This document shows positions 41,085-50,603 of a DNA stretch of 64,000 nucleotides, in pieces. The notes under the pieces were generated by a model. It was given only the letters and a program-made list of their open reading frames with translations. It had not been told where the DNA came from and ran no database searches. The stretch's first letter is position 1; each line of letters starts with the position of its first letter. This DNA is from an uncultured Nitrospiraceae bacterium (lineage in GTDB: Bacteria > Nitrospirota > Thermodesulfovibrionia > Thermodesulfovibrionales > Dissulfurispiraceae). The DNA lies in assembly GCA_963705105.1 (NCBI GenBank), contig CAVPIW010000008.1, forward strand, positions 48,585-112,584, written 5' to 3'. The translations under genes were made by a program, and so were the position numbers.

Positions 41085-41452
41085 CGATCGCAGGAAACCT
41101 GCGGGGAGTCAGGTCATCTGCCCTGTCACGTCCATGGAAAAAACTCCGGAAGTCCCGCTCCCCTGCGGTCTTCTGAAGGCTCAGCCCTCTTCAAATGAAG
41201 ATCAGGCACATTTATATTACTATGCTGTAGAAGATTTGGTAAATATTTCTTGAGAATGAAAAACACTGCAGGATGAAAGACGGCGCCCTCGTGCTCCATG
41301 CTCAGCGTTCATGAGCTTACGCAACGCCAGGGCCAAGAGTGTGGAACGAGAGTTGTTCCCCCGTTGAGTCTGCTTACTGACTCGTACTACCGGTGTGTCT
41401 GACTCATTGTCAGGGAACAATGGGCTAATCCCCTAATCATGTCGATCAGGGG

Positions 41453-41848
41453 CTAAAGGCCAAGATCTAAAACAGGCAGGTCGATCATATCACGGCAGAT
41501 GGTAGTGGTCCCCTGATCGGACCAGGCAGCCAAACGTTGGCCTGCCCAGAAGGGCCTCACATCACTCTTGCCTACCCGAAATTCCAACTGGTTGCCGCTG
41601 ACACACGCAGACGATGAGCTGAAGCTGCCGTTTCCTGCTGCCGGCACGAAGTAGTTGATATCGCTTCTCCCCTCCAGCATCCTCACCAGGATGTGCATGT
41701 CGGCGCCGAACTTGTATCCGAACGTCGGGTCCAATGGTCCGTTCAGGACATAGCGCACATAGATAAAACTGCTGTCCTGGGCCAGATAGACTTCCCTGAT
41801 ATCCCGTCCGTTTTCATAAGCCCTCCATCGATGATTCTCGTGAGTCAT
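41453..41848 (-). CDS. Hypothetical protein, probably a C-terminal gene fragment
   Basis: Beta-rich DIREVYLAQD..Y.R pattern; no signal peptide; begins 7 nt after the AAA stop. Confidence 0.45.
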   Translation of the reverse strand: MTHENHRWRAYENGRDIREVYLAQDSSFIYVRYVLNGPLDPTFGYKFGADMHILVRMLEGRSDINYFVPAAGNGSFSSSSACVSGNQLEFRVGKSDVRPFWAGQRLAAWSDQGTTTICRDMIDLPVLDLGL

Positions 41849-41854
41849 GGACCT

Positions 41855-42937
41855 CTACGTTCGGGAATAGGTCACGCTGTCTCTTTCGAACTCTTTTATG
41901 GTTTCATTCGTCAAGGTAGGACTGACTTTCCGGAGAAGGTGAAGAAACGTATCAGTCGTTACACGGTAGTCCTGCTTTGTTTCATATTCCTGTTCAAAAG
42001 AGAATTGAGCGACCTGCTGATACAGATATTCCAGGTCTGCGGGCGTATATCCGGACGTCTTCTTCACAACCAGATCCAGGTCGACGCCGCCGGTGTTCAG
42101 TTTCGCGAGGTAATGCTGCAGAATCGTCCTTCTCCCATCTTCGTCCAGGGCGCCAACGGGAATAATGCAATCGAAACGTCCGGGCCGGAGGAGTGCGGCA
42201 TCCAGTTGCCGGATGTAGTTGGTGGCACAGACAAGCAAAACCTTGTTCCCCTGATTCTTGAGCAGAGGGACCTGTTTGAGAAGCTCGTTGGTAATGGATT
42301 TGTCAACCCGTCCTGCCGTGTCCCGACTGCCCGCCAATTCATCGAACTCGTCGATGAAGATGACCGCCTCCTCCAGATTTCGGGCCTTTTCCATTACCAT
42401 ATGCAGATTGGCACCGATCTTCTCCACTCCCTCTGCCATGAGCATGCTCGGCAGTATCTCAATGTACCACCACGACAGGATGCCTGCAATCGCCTTTACA
42501 AAATGGGTCTTGCCGGTACCCGGGGGTCCGAAGAATATAATGGTCTTTGGCGGAGTCACGCCATGCTTGAGCGAGAGGCCCTCCTCCTTGAGAGGAAGGA
42601 TGATTCTCCTTTGAACCAGCTGTTTTGGAGGTTGCGAGTCAGATATGGTATCCCAAATTTCCCTGCTGATGGTCTGAGCCCCCATCTCTGTCAACAGGTC
42701 TCTCCGTTTGTACTCCATAAACTCTTTGACGGCCTGATCCATGTTTTCGAGAAAATCAATGCAGGCAGTCCGAAACCCCACGTCGCGCCCAAGCTTTTCA
42801 GAGAGAAGCCACTTATGCTGCAGTATCTTAGGCCAGAGGTCAGCCGCCATATCAGGCTCGAGTTTCATGCCGCTGGATTCAAATATCGTGCTTGCAGCAA
42901 CCTCGGGTGATGGTATCTCCGGCGCCGCTTCGTTCAT
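41855..42937 (-). CDS. AAA+ ATPase with N-terminal DUF4032-like domain
   Basis: HKWLLSEKLGRDVG N-domain; Walker A GPPGTGKT, Walker B IFIDE, SRH ATN..LD.ALLRPGRFD. Confidence 0.9.
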   Translation of the reverse strand: MNEAAPEIPSPEVAASTIFESSGMKLEPDMAADLWPKILQHKWLLSEKLGRDVGFRTACIDFLENMDQAVKEFMEYKRRDLLTEMGAQTISREIWDTISDSQPPKQLVQRRIILPLKEEGLSLKHGVTPPKTIIFFGPPGTGKTHFVKAIAGILSWWYIEILPSMLMAEGVEKIGANLHMVMEKARNLEEAVIFIDEFDELAGSRDTAGRVDKSITNELLKQVPLLKNQGNKVLLVCATNYIRQLDAALLRPGRFDCIIPVGALDEDGRRTILQHYLAKLNTGGVDLDLVVKKTSGYTPADLEYLYQQVAQFSFEQEYETKQDYRVTTDTFLHLLRKVSPTLTNETIKEFERDSVTYSRT

Positions 42938-43065
42938 ACTTTTCCTCCTTATGGCCGTGTCTTCTTAGCTTCTCGACGAAAAGCCCAAAAACGAGAGCCC
43001 TAACCCTCCAAACTGAGCTTGTGACACCTCAGGCTTTGAGACATGATGCCGATTTGGAAATTCTG

Positions 43066-43449
43066 TTAAAGCCATTCTCCCTTGTTCCATTTTCTCCTGT
43101 ATTTTTCAAGCATGACAAAAGCAAGCCATAGTTTTTCCATACTATCAAATTTTTCAAAGTATGACGATTTTTCTCCCATTAAGACATTGCTGAATGCTAT
43201 AGCTAAATCCCAGGGCATTGCATAATCTTCAATTACCATCTCCTGCAGTTGGTCTTGTCTTGGAATCCAAACAGCCTTTATCGTCTTTAAATAAGATACC
43301 TCTTTCTCAAGCTCACTCATAATGGGCTGACATGGTGAAGTCAAGCCTAATGACATCGAGACATAAAAGTCTCCAAACTCAGGTTGCCACCGCGCTTGTA
43401 TCTCTTCTATCCCCTCACACATCCTGATATAGTCAGACGATCTATCCAT
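43066..43449 (-). CDS. Hypothetical protein, AT-rich
   Basis: SD AGGAGG; 127-aa ORF with W.PRQDQLQEM and SME.LWLAFVM motifs. Confidence 0.75.
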   Translation of the reverse strand: MDRSSDYIRMCEGIEEIQARWQPEFGDFYVSMSLGLTSPCQPIMSELEKEVSYLKTIKAVWIPRQDQLQEMVIEDYAMPWDLAIAFSNVLMGEKSSYFEKFDSMEKLWLAFVMLEKYRRKWNKGEWL

Positions 43450-43750
43450 ACAACCTCCTAATCGTCAAAACATAAGGGCCAGCTGACACATCCTTATACC
43501 ATCGATGTTTCACATAATCCAGGAAATTCTGCCTTTACTTTCGTCAACGACGGTCATCAGCACAATTGTCGGCTGTTTCATCTCGCTTCTTCCCTCATAT
43601 ATAACCGATAAAGGGATGGGTGTCAAGAGGAAAATAATGTTTCAGCTGTTCAATTACAGGGCCTGTGCCCGGAGTGTCGCGGGCAGTCAGAGGATCATGC
43701 GGTTGTGGGAATGACAACTTGTACGGTCCTGCGTATGAACAGCCAAGTAC

Positions 43751-43963
43751 CCCCTGTAGTTGCATGAAAAGGCGGGGCAAAGCGCCCCAAAGCCTCGCTG
43801 ATAGCGACATTGATCATTCTAAGTTCGTTGATCAGGATTCCATCCTCTGTGTCACCGACCGTCGGCCGGAAATAGTCTTTATGGGAAGGCAAAGGTTTCG
43901 CAGTACCGATGCTTTTCGGCGCCTTCGTCCCGCCTTTCCTGATGGCGTATGCAACGACAAGGT
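43751..43963 (+). repeat. Rod-like interspersed repeat, diverged short subtype
   Basis: 213 bp; GTTGCATGAAAAGGCGGGG...CCCGCCTTTCC..TGCAACGACAAGGT. Confidence 0.9.
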
Positions 43964-43968
43964 ACTCT

Positions 43969-45062
43969 CTATTTGCCGAGAATGATTTTCAGGAAGACAT
44001 TGCGCGGCGGATGAGCTTCTTTCACGAGGTCGGCCAATTTGCACAGGGCTGCAACGACAACGAACACTGAAAGAGTAATGACGATGAACAGGTAATCCGA
44101 AGAGACCTGCTCCACCCCCGCCAGTGCGAGAAGGGGTTTGAGGCCATACTCGCCGAGAGCCTGATGCGAAATATAGACCAACATGGAGTATTTCCCGAAG
44201 AAGACAGGGATCGCACTCCAGGAGTTATGACTCACTCTGATAAATAGGGCGACCTGAGCGAGAATGGCCCCGGTCGAGAAGAAGGCAAAACCGTATGTGG
44301 GCGGATAGAAAATCTCCGAATATCCTGCGCGACTCGCCAGGATTCCTCTGTTGGTGAGATTGGGGAATGCCGAAGTGGGAACGAACAGGAGGAATGTCCC
44401 GAGAGCGAGAAGGGCCAGTCCGGGAATGGCAAGTCGTGCAATGGAGGGCTGGTTTTCGCCTCGGAACATAAAGCTGAACAGGGAGGCACCGACAAATGCA
44501 TATCCCAGCCAGGGGAACAGGGGGAAATATCCGTCGATGAACCAGCTTGCGGCGAGGCGTGACACATCGGGCACGTACAGACCATCCAGGTCGATTTCCA
44601 GGACTTCGGGATGATAGCCGACGAGAGACTGGAGAAGCGGCCCCCCAGGATAAGGATTGCTCCTGAAGCAATGAGTGACGGCATTTTCTGCTGACGGACT
44701 GCATATATGAGCGGGATGCCGATGCCGATCACGTACAGGACATCCACGCTTGCGAAAGGCAGAAGCCTCCAGACCAGGGTATCCAGAAGAGCCCCTGTCA
44801 GAACGACCAGGGCACCGCGCGTCAGATAATATTTAAAATCGTGCCTTTGTGAACTCAGGATCACCATGCCCGCACTGAGAGAGATGAACGTCGGCGCCGC
44901 GAGGGAGCTCATGATCCGGTACCACATCGCATGGGGCTCAGCGTAATAAGGAGATAGATTTGCCGGAATCATCAGCATGATGGCGATCCCGCGAAGGAAG
45001 TCGACCCAGAGAATGCGATCCTCGCTCCGTGATCTTTCAGGATTGCCGGGGCCCGCGTTCAT
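43969..45062 (-). pseudogene. DUF1624/heparan-alpha-glucosaminide N-acetyltransferase-like membrane protein, frameshifted at G6 tract (44641-44646)
   Basis: N-half D.LRG.AI.LM..AAP.F..G and C-half FPLFPWLG..G.YS..Y..H are in different frames; one added G fuses them. Confidence 0.8.
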
Positions 45063-45095
45063 CGTGTGCGATATGGATACGTTGAAGATGAGTTG

Positions 45096-45309
45096 ACCTT
45101 TCTGTTGCATGAAAAGGCGGGACGAAGCGCCTCAAAGCCTTGCTGAAGGCGACGACACGCATTGTCAGCTTTGTGTTTCAGGAATCCAAACTTTGTGTCA
45201 TCGACCATCTGTTTATAATTCGTCTTTCCTTTCGATACAGGTGTCGCCGCAGCAAGGTTTTCGGCGCATTCACCCCGCCTTTTCGGATGTCTTATTGCAA
45301 CGACAAGGT
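45096..45309 (+). repeat. Rod-like interspersed repeat, short subtype
   Basis: ACCTTTCTGTTGCA...TGCAACGACAAGGT, 214 bp. Confidence 0.92.
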
Positions 45310-45318
45310 TAATTTTGT

Positions 45319-45900
45319 CTATTTCCCGCTCTGCTTTTCTTTCAGATAGTTGGGCAGGAGGGACGTCCCTCCCGAATGCTGCTCCGTGACGACGTATTCA
45401 AAGGTGCTGCTCTCCTTCGGCCAGAAGATCATGGAGTTCTTTGCCGTTGTGACCTTTTGGCCGTTTGTCGACACGATCTTGTTTCCGGCCGGCAGGAAGA
45501 GGACGACCTCGTCATTGATCATTTCAAAGCGCCAGCCGTTGGCATGGACATAGGTCATGATCGCGGCTTTGGACGGGAAGCACTTGGGACATTTGACTTT
45601 CTGCATCTTGCGGGCGGACAGCACGTCCTTTTCCTCGAACAATTCCTTTGAAATGTCCTCGACCACATCGGGATCGAATTCCGGCTTCTGTTCCGCGATC
45701 AGCCGCTTCAGCTCGGCCCAGTCGTTCTCGACGCTGTAGTTCTTTTCGTCGACTCCTTTTTTCGAGCGGAGGTCATAGTACTCCCGTGTAATTATGCCGG
45801 TGTCAAAGTTGAGAGAGAACCTGTACTGTGAGACCGTGATGCAACCTGTCAAAAGGACGGAGATGCTGATACTCAGAAACAAGAGACTAATCGTTTTCAT
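45319..45900 (-). CDS. Hypothetical lipoprotein
   Basis: MKTISLLFLSISISVLLTGC lipobox; internal CPKC. Confidence 0.75.
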   Translation of the reverse strand: MKTISLLFLSISISVLLTGCITVSQYRFSLNFDTGIITREYYDLRSKKGVDEKNYSVENDWAELKRLIAEQKPEFDPDVVEDISKELFEEKDVLSARKMQKVKCPKCFPSKAAIMTYVHANGWRFEMINDEVVLFLPAGNKIVSTNGQKVTTAKNSMIFWPKESSTFEYVVTEQHSGGTSLLPNYLKEKQSGK

Positions 45901-45972
45901 AATTGTTGTCCCTTCCTTTAACACGACTATCACATGCGGCACAGGGCAATCCGGCCATCTGTCGGCAGATGG

Positions 45973-46248
45973 TTATTTGGCCTCTATCAGCTTTCCGTTA
46001 ACGAATTTGTGAATGATGCTGGCAACATATGTCTGATAAGGCAGCCCCTCACTAATTGCCCGTTTCTGCAATTCCGTCAGGTCTCTTTCTGATATTCGTA
46101 TGTTGAGACGTTTATCTTTTCGCAGGGTGTTCCGTGCATACCTCATTAATTCGGCTTTTCTTTTTGAAAGATCCTTCACCGGAATCCATTCGCCTCTTTC
46201 AAAGCTCTCCAGTATTTCCTGTTCTTCTTTGGTCAGTTTCGCTTTCAT
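45973..46248 (-). CDS. Type II antitoxin (CopG/RHH, BrnA-like)
   Basis: KDKRLNIRIS..DL..A..EGLPYQT; ATGA overlap with the toxin gene. Confidence 0.85.
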   Translation of the reverse strand: MKAKLTKEEQEILESFERGEWIPVKDLSKRKAELMRYARNTLRKDKRLNIRISERDLTELQKRAISEGLPYQTYVASIIHKFVNGKLIEAK

Positions 46249-46523
46249 TTCTTACCCCCGAAATACAATTCCGTCGCCTTTCTGCCTGGAATAACGGTTT
46301 TCAAAAATATTTCCTCTTCATCTTCAACGTAGGGCACAACGTATGCGCAACTGTCTATTCCAATTACCATTACCCGTTGTTTAGGGTGTTTTGTTTGATC
46401 CGGATGGAGATGGTCGTCCAGGATATCTCCCTTCTCGATATAATAGACAATATCCTCAAAGCAGACTCCTCTTAGTTCTTTGAGTTTCAAACTTTTTTCA
46501 GTGTTCCAATTGATCTGTTTCAT
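46245..46523 (-). CDS. BrnT-like type II toxin
   Basis: W..EK..LK..RG..FE, HP.Q..Q, Y.VPYVE..FLKT.IP.RKAT. Confidence 0.85.
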   Translation of the reverse strand: MKQINWNTEKSLKLKELRGVCFEDIVYYIEKGDILDDHLHPDQTKHPKQRVMVIGIDSCAYVVPYVEDEEEIFLKTVIPGRKATELYFGGKK

Positions 46524-46608
46524 CTACTGACAGATTATCACATTGTGTGCATTTTGGCAACCTCTTATTCCCGTCAGGGCTCCCCCCCATGATACGTCCC
46601 GGGTTAAA

Positions 46609-48534
46609 CCGAAGTTCCGGTAGGGGGACAAGCTAACCTGTTGTTATTTTGATAGGAAACCATCGAGTTAGGTTTTCTGTACTGGCAACAAGCCCAGCAA
46701 CTGCATAGCTCTCTCCTGTAACGGGCTGTACTCTGTATGCTGAACGAATGTCAGTGCGTCGGGCTGCGATTGTACCCGGCATCGGTTACGGCACCGGGTT
46801 GCCAATTCCGCCAGAAGACTCTGAAAGCTGTGAATCGGAAGACCATCCTCTGTCGTCCGTCTCGTCTTCTTTTTCCGTGCCGACTCCGATGGCTGCGCGG
46901 GAGCCACAGGATCACGCGTGACGCGCAGCTCCTGCAGGTGCTCGTCATCAAACAGCAGCGGAGCGAGCGCCTCCCTCATGTGCCATTCCACATAATAGGC
47001 CAGCATGCACAGAAAGATGTGCGCCCGGACATGATCAGACGTGAAGTGCCGGATGGGCCGGACCAGCAGGTCAACCCCCTTGAGACAGCGGAATGCCCTC
47101 TCCACTTGTGACAGGCCCTTGTACTGCCGTACCGTATCAGCCGCCGACATCTCCTCCGCAGACTCACTGGTGCGGACCACGTAGATCCCGTCCAGCCGCA
47201 TCTCACGCTCGATGGACTCCTCATTCCTCCTGCACTGAAACAGTCCATCCTGGATCGTCAGAGCAAAATGCTTCCCGACCTTGTACCGGTTGATCACCTT
47301 GCCGACCTTCTGTCCAATCTCGCTTGCCGTCAGCGGATGCCTGCTCCTGCGCTGCACCTGCGCAGCGATCTTCTGGAGGTCCCTCTGCGCTGCCTCGATC
47401 AACTCCTGCCTCTTGCGACGACGCTCCTCCGCCAGCAGCGGATTGAAACACGCGATCAAACGCTCACCGGGGTACTCCGGCGAGGTGATCTCCGCAAGGT
47501 TCGTCCGATCAAAAAGCGACAACTGCAGATCCCCCGTGTCCACCAGATCCCGGATCGCCCGGCTCTTCAATGCTGAGATCCAGCCGATCCCCGGATACCC
47601 CTTCAGTACATCAATCCTCGCTTGGGTCAACATTCCCCGGTCCCCGACCAGAATAACCCGGGACAGCCCAAACCGTTGCCGCAGCTTCTGCACCTGATCC
47701 GCAACCGTCGAGGGGTCCCCCGTATCGCCCGGATACACATCGACGGCTACAGGCCTGCCCGCACGGTCCGTCAGAACCCCGTACACAATGATCGGCAAAC
47801 CCCTCTTGTCGTCTCGGTTGTATCCATAGCTGACCAAAGGACACGTGTGCCCCTCGTAATAACTGCTGCTGACGTCATACAGCACCACCGAACCCTCCGT
47901 AAGATGCCGCTTCGCCAGGTTCCTCTCTATGTCCGGCTGCCTCTGGATCAGCCAGTCCAAAGCCCCGTACAGTTCCTCGCTGTCCGCATCCCTCACCGAC
48001 ACCTCCTCGGCCAGCGTGCTGCTGTGCCACAGCCTCGTGGTGGCCAGCTTCGAACAGGGATGGATCAGCCGCTGCGCGATCATCGCCACAACCAGATCAC
48101 GCTGCCGTGAGCGCTCCGGCGCAATCATCGCGTCCAACCCCAGACGTGTGATCGTCCCCAGGATCGCCTCGACGTTGCCGTGCGGCAGGGACCGCTCGAT
48201 ATGAAACAGGTCTTTCGTGCTGATAAGCTCCTCGCCCCGCAGCAGGGCGCGGAGAGTTTCGACTTTCTGCATCGGCCAGTCGGAGATGTTGGCCACGGTG
48301 CGCTTTCTGATCTTCTTGCCCTCTCTCCATGCCTCACGGATGAGGATGGCGGGACGGGAGGTACGGTTCGGGACGATGTCGATGTACATGGTAACAATAA
48401 TAGCATAATGATCATCTATTGTCAAGCATAAAATATATATTACATGGGAACATAGGCAAAGCGCAAACGATCACATCCGCTTGCTCTTCAAGGATTATCC
48501 GGTCGACCTAACTTGTTTTTGGCTGGAACTTCGG
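46609..48534 (-). mobile_element. IS1634-family insertion sequence
   Basis: Terminal IR CCGAAGTTCC (46609) / GGAACTTCGG (48534); flanks GTTAAA/GCTAAA are an imperfect duplication. Confidence 0.88.
46668..48389 (-). CDS. IS1634 family DDE transposase
   Basis: LYDVSSSYYEG, GDRGM, YK.L..VERAFR.LK, VRAHIFLCMLAY; QLSLF clamp-type motif; TTGACA-17-TATTAT promoter 7 nt before ATG. Confidence 0.93.
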   Translation of the reverse strand: MYIDIVPNRTSRPAILIREAWREGKKIRKRTVANISDWPMQKVETLRALLRGEELISTKDLFHIERSLPHGNVEAILGTITRLGLDAMIAPERSRQRDLVVAMIAQRLIHPCSKLATTRLWHSSTLAEEVSVRDADSEELYGALDWLIQRQPDIERNLAKRHLTEGSVVLYDVSSSYYEGHTCPLVSYGYNRDDKRGLPIIVYGVLTDRAGRPVAVDVYPGDTGDPSTVADQVQKLRQRFGLSRVILVGDRGMLTQARIDVLKGYPGIGWISALKSRAIRDLVDTGDLQLSLFDRTNLAEITSPEYPGERLIACFNPLLAEERRRKRQELIEAAQRDLQKIAAQVQRRSRHPLTASEIGQKVGKVINRYKVGKHFALTIQDGLFQCRRNEESIEREMRLDGIYVVRTSESAEEMSAADTVRQYKGLSQVERAFRCLKGVDLLVRPIRHFTSDHVRAHIFLCMLAYYVEWHMREALAPLLFDDEHLQELRVTRDPVAPAQPSESARKKKTRRTTEDGLPIHSFQSLLAELATRCRNRCRVQSQPDALTFVQHTEYSPLQERAMQLLGLLPVQKT

Positions 48535-48688
48535 GCTAAAGGGCAAGTTTCAGCAGGATACCTGTCGCCCGGGACCTGAAGGGTTGTCGGAACGAGGTCG
48601 ACTATAGGCTAGTGCCGCCGCAGTGACGAGGCCGGAGAAAGGTTCTATACGGGACGTGTCCCTGTCCGATTATGAACAATCAGTTGTC

Positions 48689-50086
48689 TTATGAAATTGT
48701 TCTGCCCTGTTCTTGTCGTCGGAGGGCCATCATCCCTGTTATCTGCTCACTTGCTTCCACTGCAGATATGATGAATTGCCTTGTGACATGCGGGGTTTCG
48801 TAGTAGAAGAACTGTTTAAAGTGACGCGGGTAACGCTCAATTAAACTGAGCGTATATTGATCATGACAATACCAAGGGAGTGTCGGTTCGATCAAGTCGA
48901 GATCAGTAACAAGCCTTGCTCCCTCAAAGCCCTCGGATCCGGGGAGCGGAACCAGGGGGATAATCTCGCTGGGCAAGACACCCATATCAAGGAGCTTCTT
49001 ATGCTGCGCGACGGTGGCAATCACCTCGTCTTCCGTTTCCCAAGGGAATCCTATGATTTGTGAACAGGTGATATGAATTCCGATAGCAGCGGCGATTTCG
49101 ATCATGGCCATCGTTCGCTCAACGTCAACGGGCTTCGAGATTCTGTCGAGTGTCTTCTGGCTCGCACTCTCGACACCAACGAAGATATTGACGCAACCCG
49201 CTTCACGCATCTCTTCAAGCTCCTCACGTGATGCATCAGCAATCCTCATGGCGCACGCCCAATCCCATTGTCGACCTGTCAGTCTGATCAGTCTGCAAAG
49301 CTCAGAGACTTCGGCGCTTGGCTTCGCAAAGTTGTCTCCGATCATGAGAAAACGCGTCAGCCCAGTCGCATTGTGCAATCGTTCCATCTCCTCGACGACG
49401 CGTGACGCGGACTTGCGCCGCACTCGCCTATTCCAGAACTGGGTTGTCGAGCAGAATTTGCACCGCCCGTAACAGCCCCGAAGCGCCTCGATTCGCGCAA
49501 AAGCCACATCGCCACTCATTTGTGGGCGGTCACGGAAATCGATGAAGGGAAGCGCGTCAAGATGCGAGATGAGAGTCCGCGGAGTCATCTTGCCCTGACG
49601 CGTCGCCACTCCCTCGATGTTCACCCATTCCTCCGGGGTCCCTCGCCGGTACGCCTTTAACATGGCGAGGAATGACGCCTCTCCCTCGCCAACAACGACG
49701 GCATCAACAAAGGGGAAGTCTTCCAAAGTCTCCGCGTGCAGGAAAGATGCGTGGGGACCTCCAAGTACTATGGACGTGTTCGAGCTCACTGCTCGAATCC
49801 TTTGCGCAACATATAGCATGATTGGCAGCGAGCCGCTGATTGTCATGAGCCCCACCATGTCATACTCAGCCGGATCAAAAAGAGCGCATATTGCCTCGCC
49901 AATCTCTGTTGTTAAAGGGGAGTCATGCAAGTTCGAAAGGCCCTCAAGGTTAAGTACTTCGACGTCATATTGCTCCCCCCGAGCCGCGGACTGCAGGCTG
50001 TACAGCCCAATAGGATGATATGATCGCAAACGCTTCCCTTTGAACGCGGGCGACGGCACCAAGAGAACTCTTATGTCGCTGCTCAT
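48689..50086 (-). CDS. Cobalamin-binding radical SAM protein (class B methyltransferase-like)
   Basis: B12 domain (PIGL..L, LGGPHAS, VVVGEGE), RGCYGRCKFC CxxxCxxC, GVESAS, IIGFPWET. Confidence 0.92.
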   Translation of the reverse strand: MSSDIRVLLVPSPAFKGKRLRSYHPIGLYSLQSAARGEQYDVEVLNLEGLSNLHDSPLTTEIGEAICALFDPAEYDMVGLMTISGSLPIMLYVAQRIRAVSSNTSIVLGGPHASFLHAETLEDFPFVDAVVVGEGEASFLAMLKAYRRGTPEEWVNIEGVATRQGKMTPRTLISHLDALPFIDFRDRPQMSGDVAFARIEALRGCYGRCKFCSTTQFWNRRVRRKSASRVVEEMERLHNATGLTRFLMIGDNFAKPSAEVSELCRLIRLTGRQWDWACAMRIADASREELEEMREAGCVNIFVGVESASQKTLDRISKPVDVERTMAMIEIAAAIGIHITCSQIIGFPWETEDEVIATVAQHKKLLDMGVLPSEIIPLVPLPGSEGFEGARLVTDLDLIEPTLPWYCHDQYTLSLIERYPRHFKQFFYYETPHVTRQFIISAVEASEQITGMMALRRQEQGRTIS

Positions 50087-50145
50087 AGCGCTGAACCCTC
50101 CCTGCGTCCCATGAGCACAGTTAGTTAAGCAAAATATGGTGTACC

Positions 50146-50382
50146 CTACCTGGCCACAAGTTCCTCATAGTGTTGTTGGAATTCCGCCCCGAAGCTCTTC
50201 GCCTCAACGCCGCCTTGCTCATACGCTTCTTTCGCAAGCACAATAGCCCGAAAAAGATCATCGGGCGAGAATGGTTCGCCAACTGCCTTTCTCAGTTCAC
50301 CTATTGCATTGACCAGACGAATGTGCACGTCTGGGTTCGCCAACAGCGCCTCATGCAGCTTCTTCACGCTCTCTGATGCCAT
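50146..50382 (-). CDS. Small protein, candidate Nif11-like RiPP precursor
   Basis: Strong SD AAAGGAGGT; 78 aa directly upstream of the radical SAM gene; GEPFSPDDL and EQGG motifs. Confidence 0.7.
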   Translation of the reverse strand: MASESVKKLHEALLANPDVHIRLVNAIGELRKAVGEPFSPDDLFRAIVLAKEAYEQGGVEAKSFGAEFQQHYEELVAR

Positions 50383-50603
50383 TTCGCACCTCCTTTGGGA
50401 AAAATGCTCATATTACGTATGGAGAGCCCGCACATCTGTGTTCTCCCCATGTCCCTTAAAACAATATGGTGCAGCGCCGGGAAATCCAATCTCGCCGCCC
50501 TGACATTGCGATATTATGAAGGGTCTCGTACAATATAGCAACTCAATCATCAACTTAGAGCCCGGACTTCTTTGTGTCTTTCTCTGTTCCCGGTCAGGCA
50601 CCG

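Noticed and set aside
2789..45349. Small ORFs within repeats (2789-3076, 10584-10781, 15224-15532, 25425-25682, 29396-29587, 43665-43985, 45109-45349)
   Set aside because: Reading frames and stops are not preserved between copies; similarity simply reflects the DNA repeat
46609..48534. IS1634 as the mobiliser of the rod repeats
   Set aside because: Its terminal repeat CCGAAGTTCC has no similarity to ACCTTNNNGTTGCA
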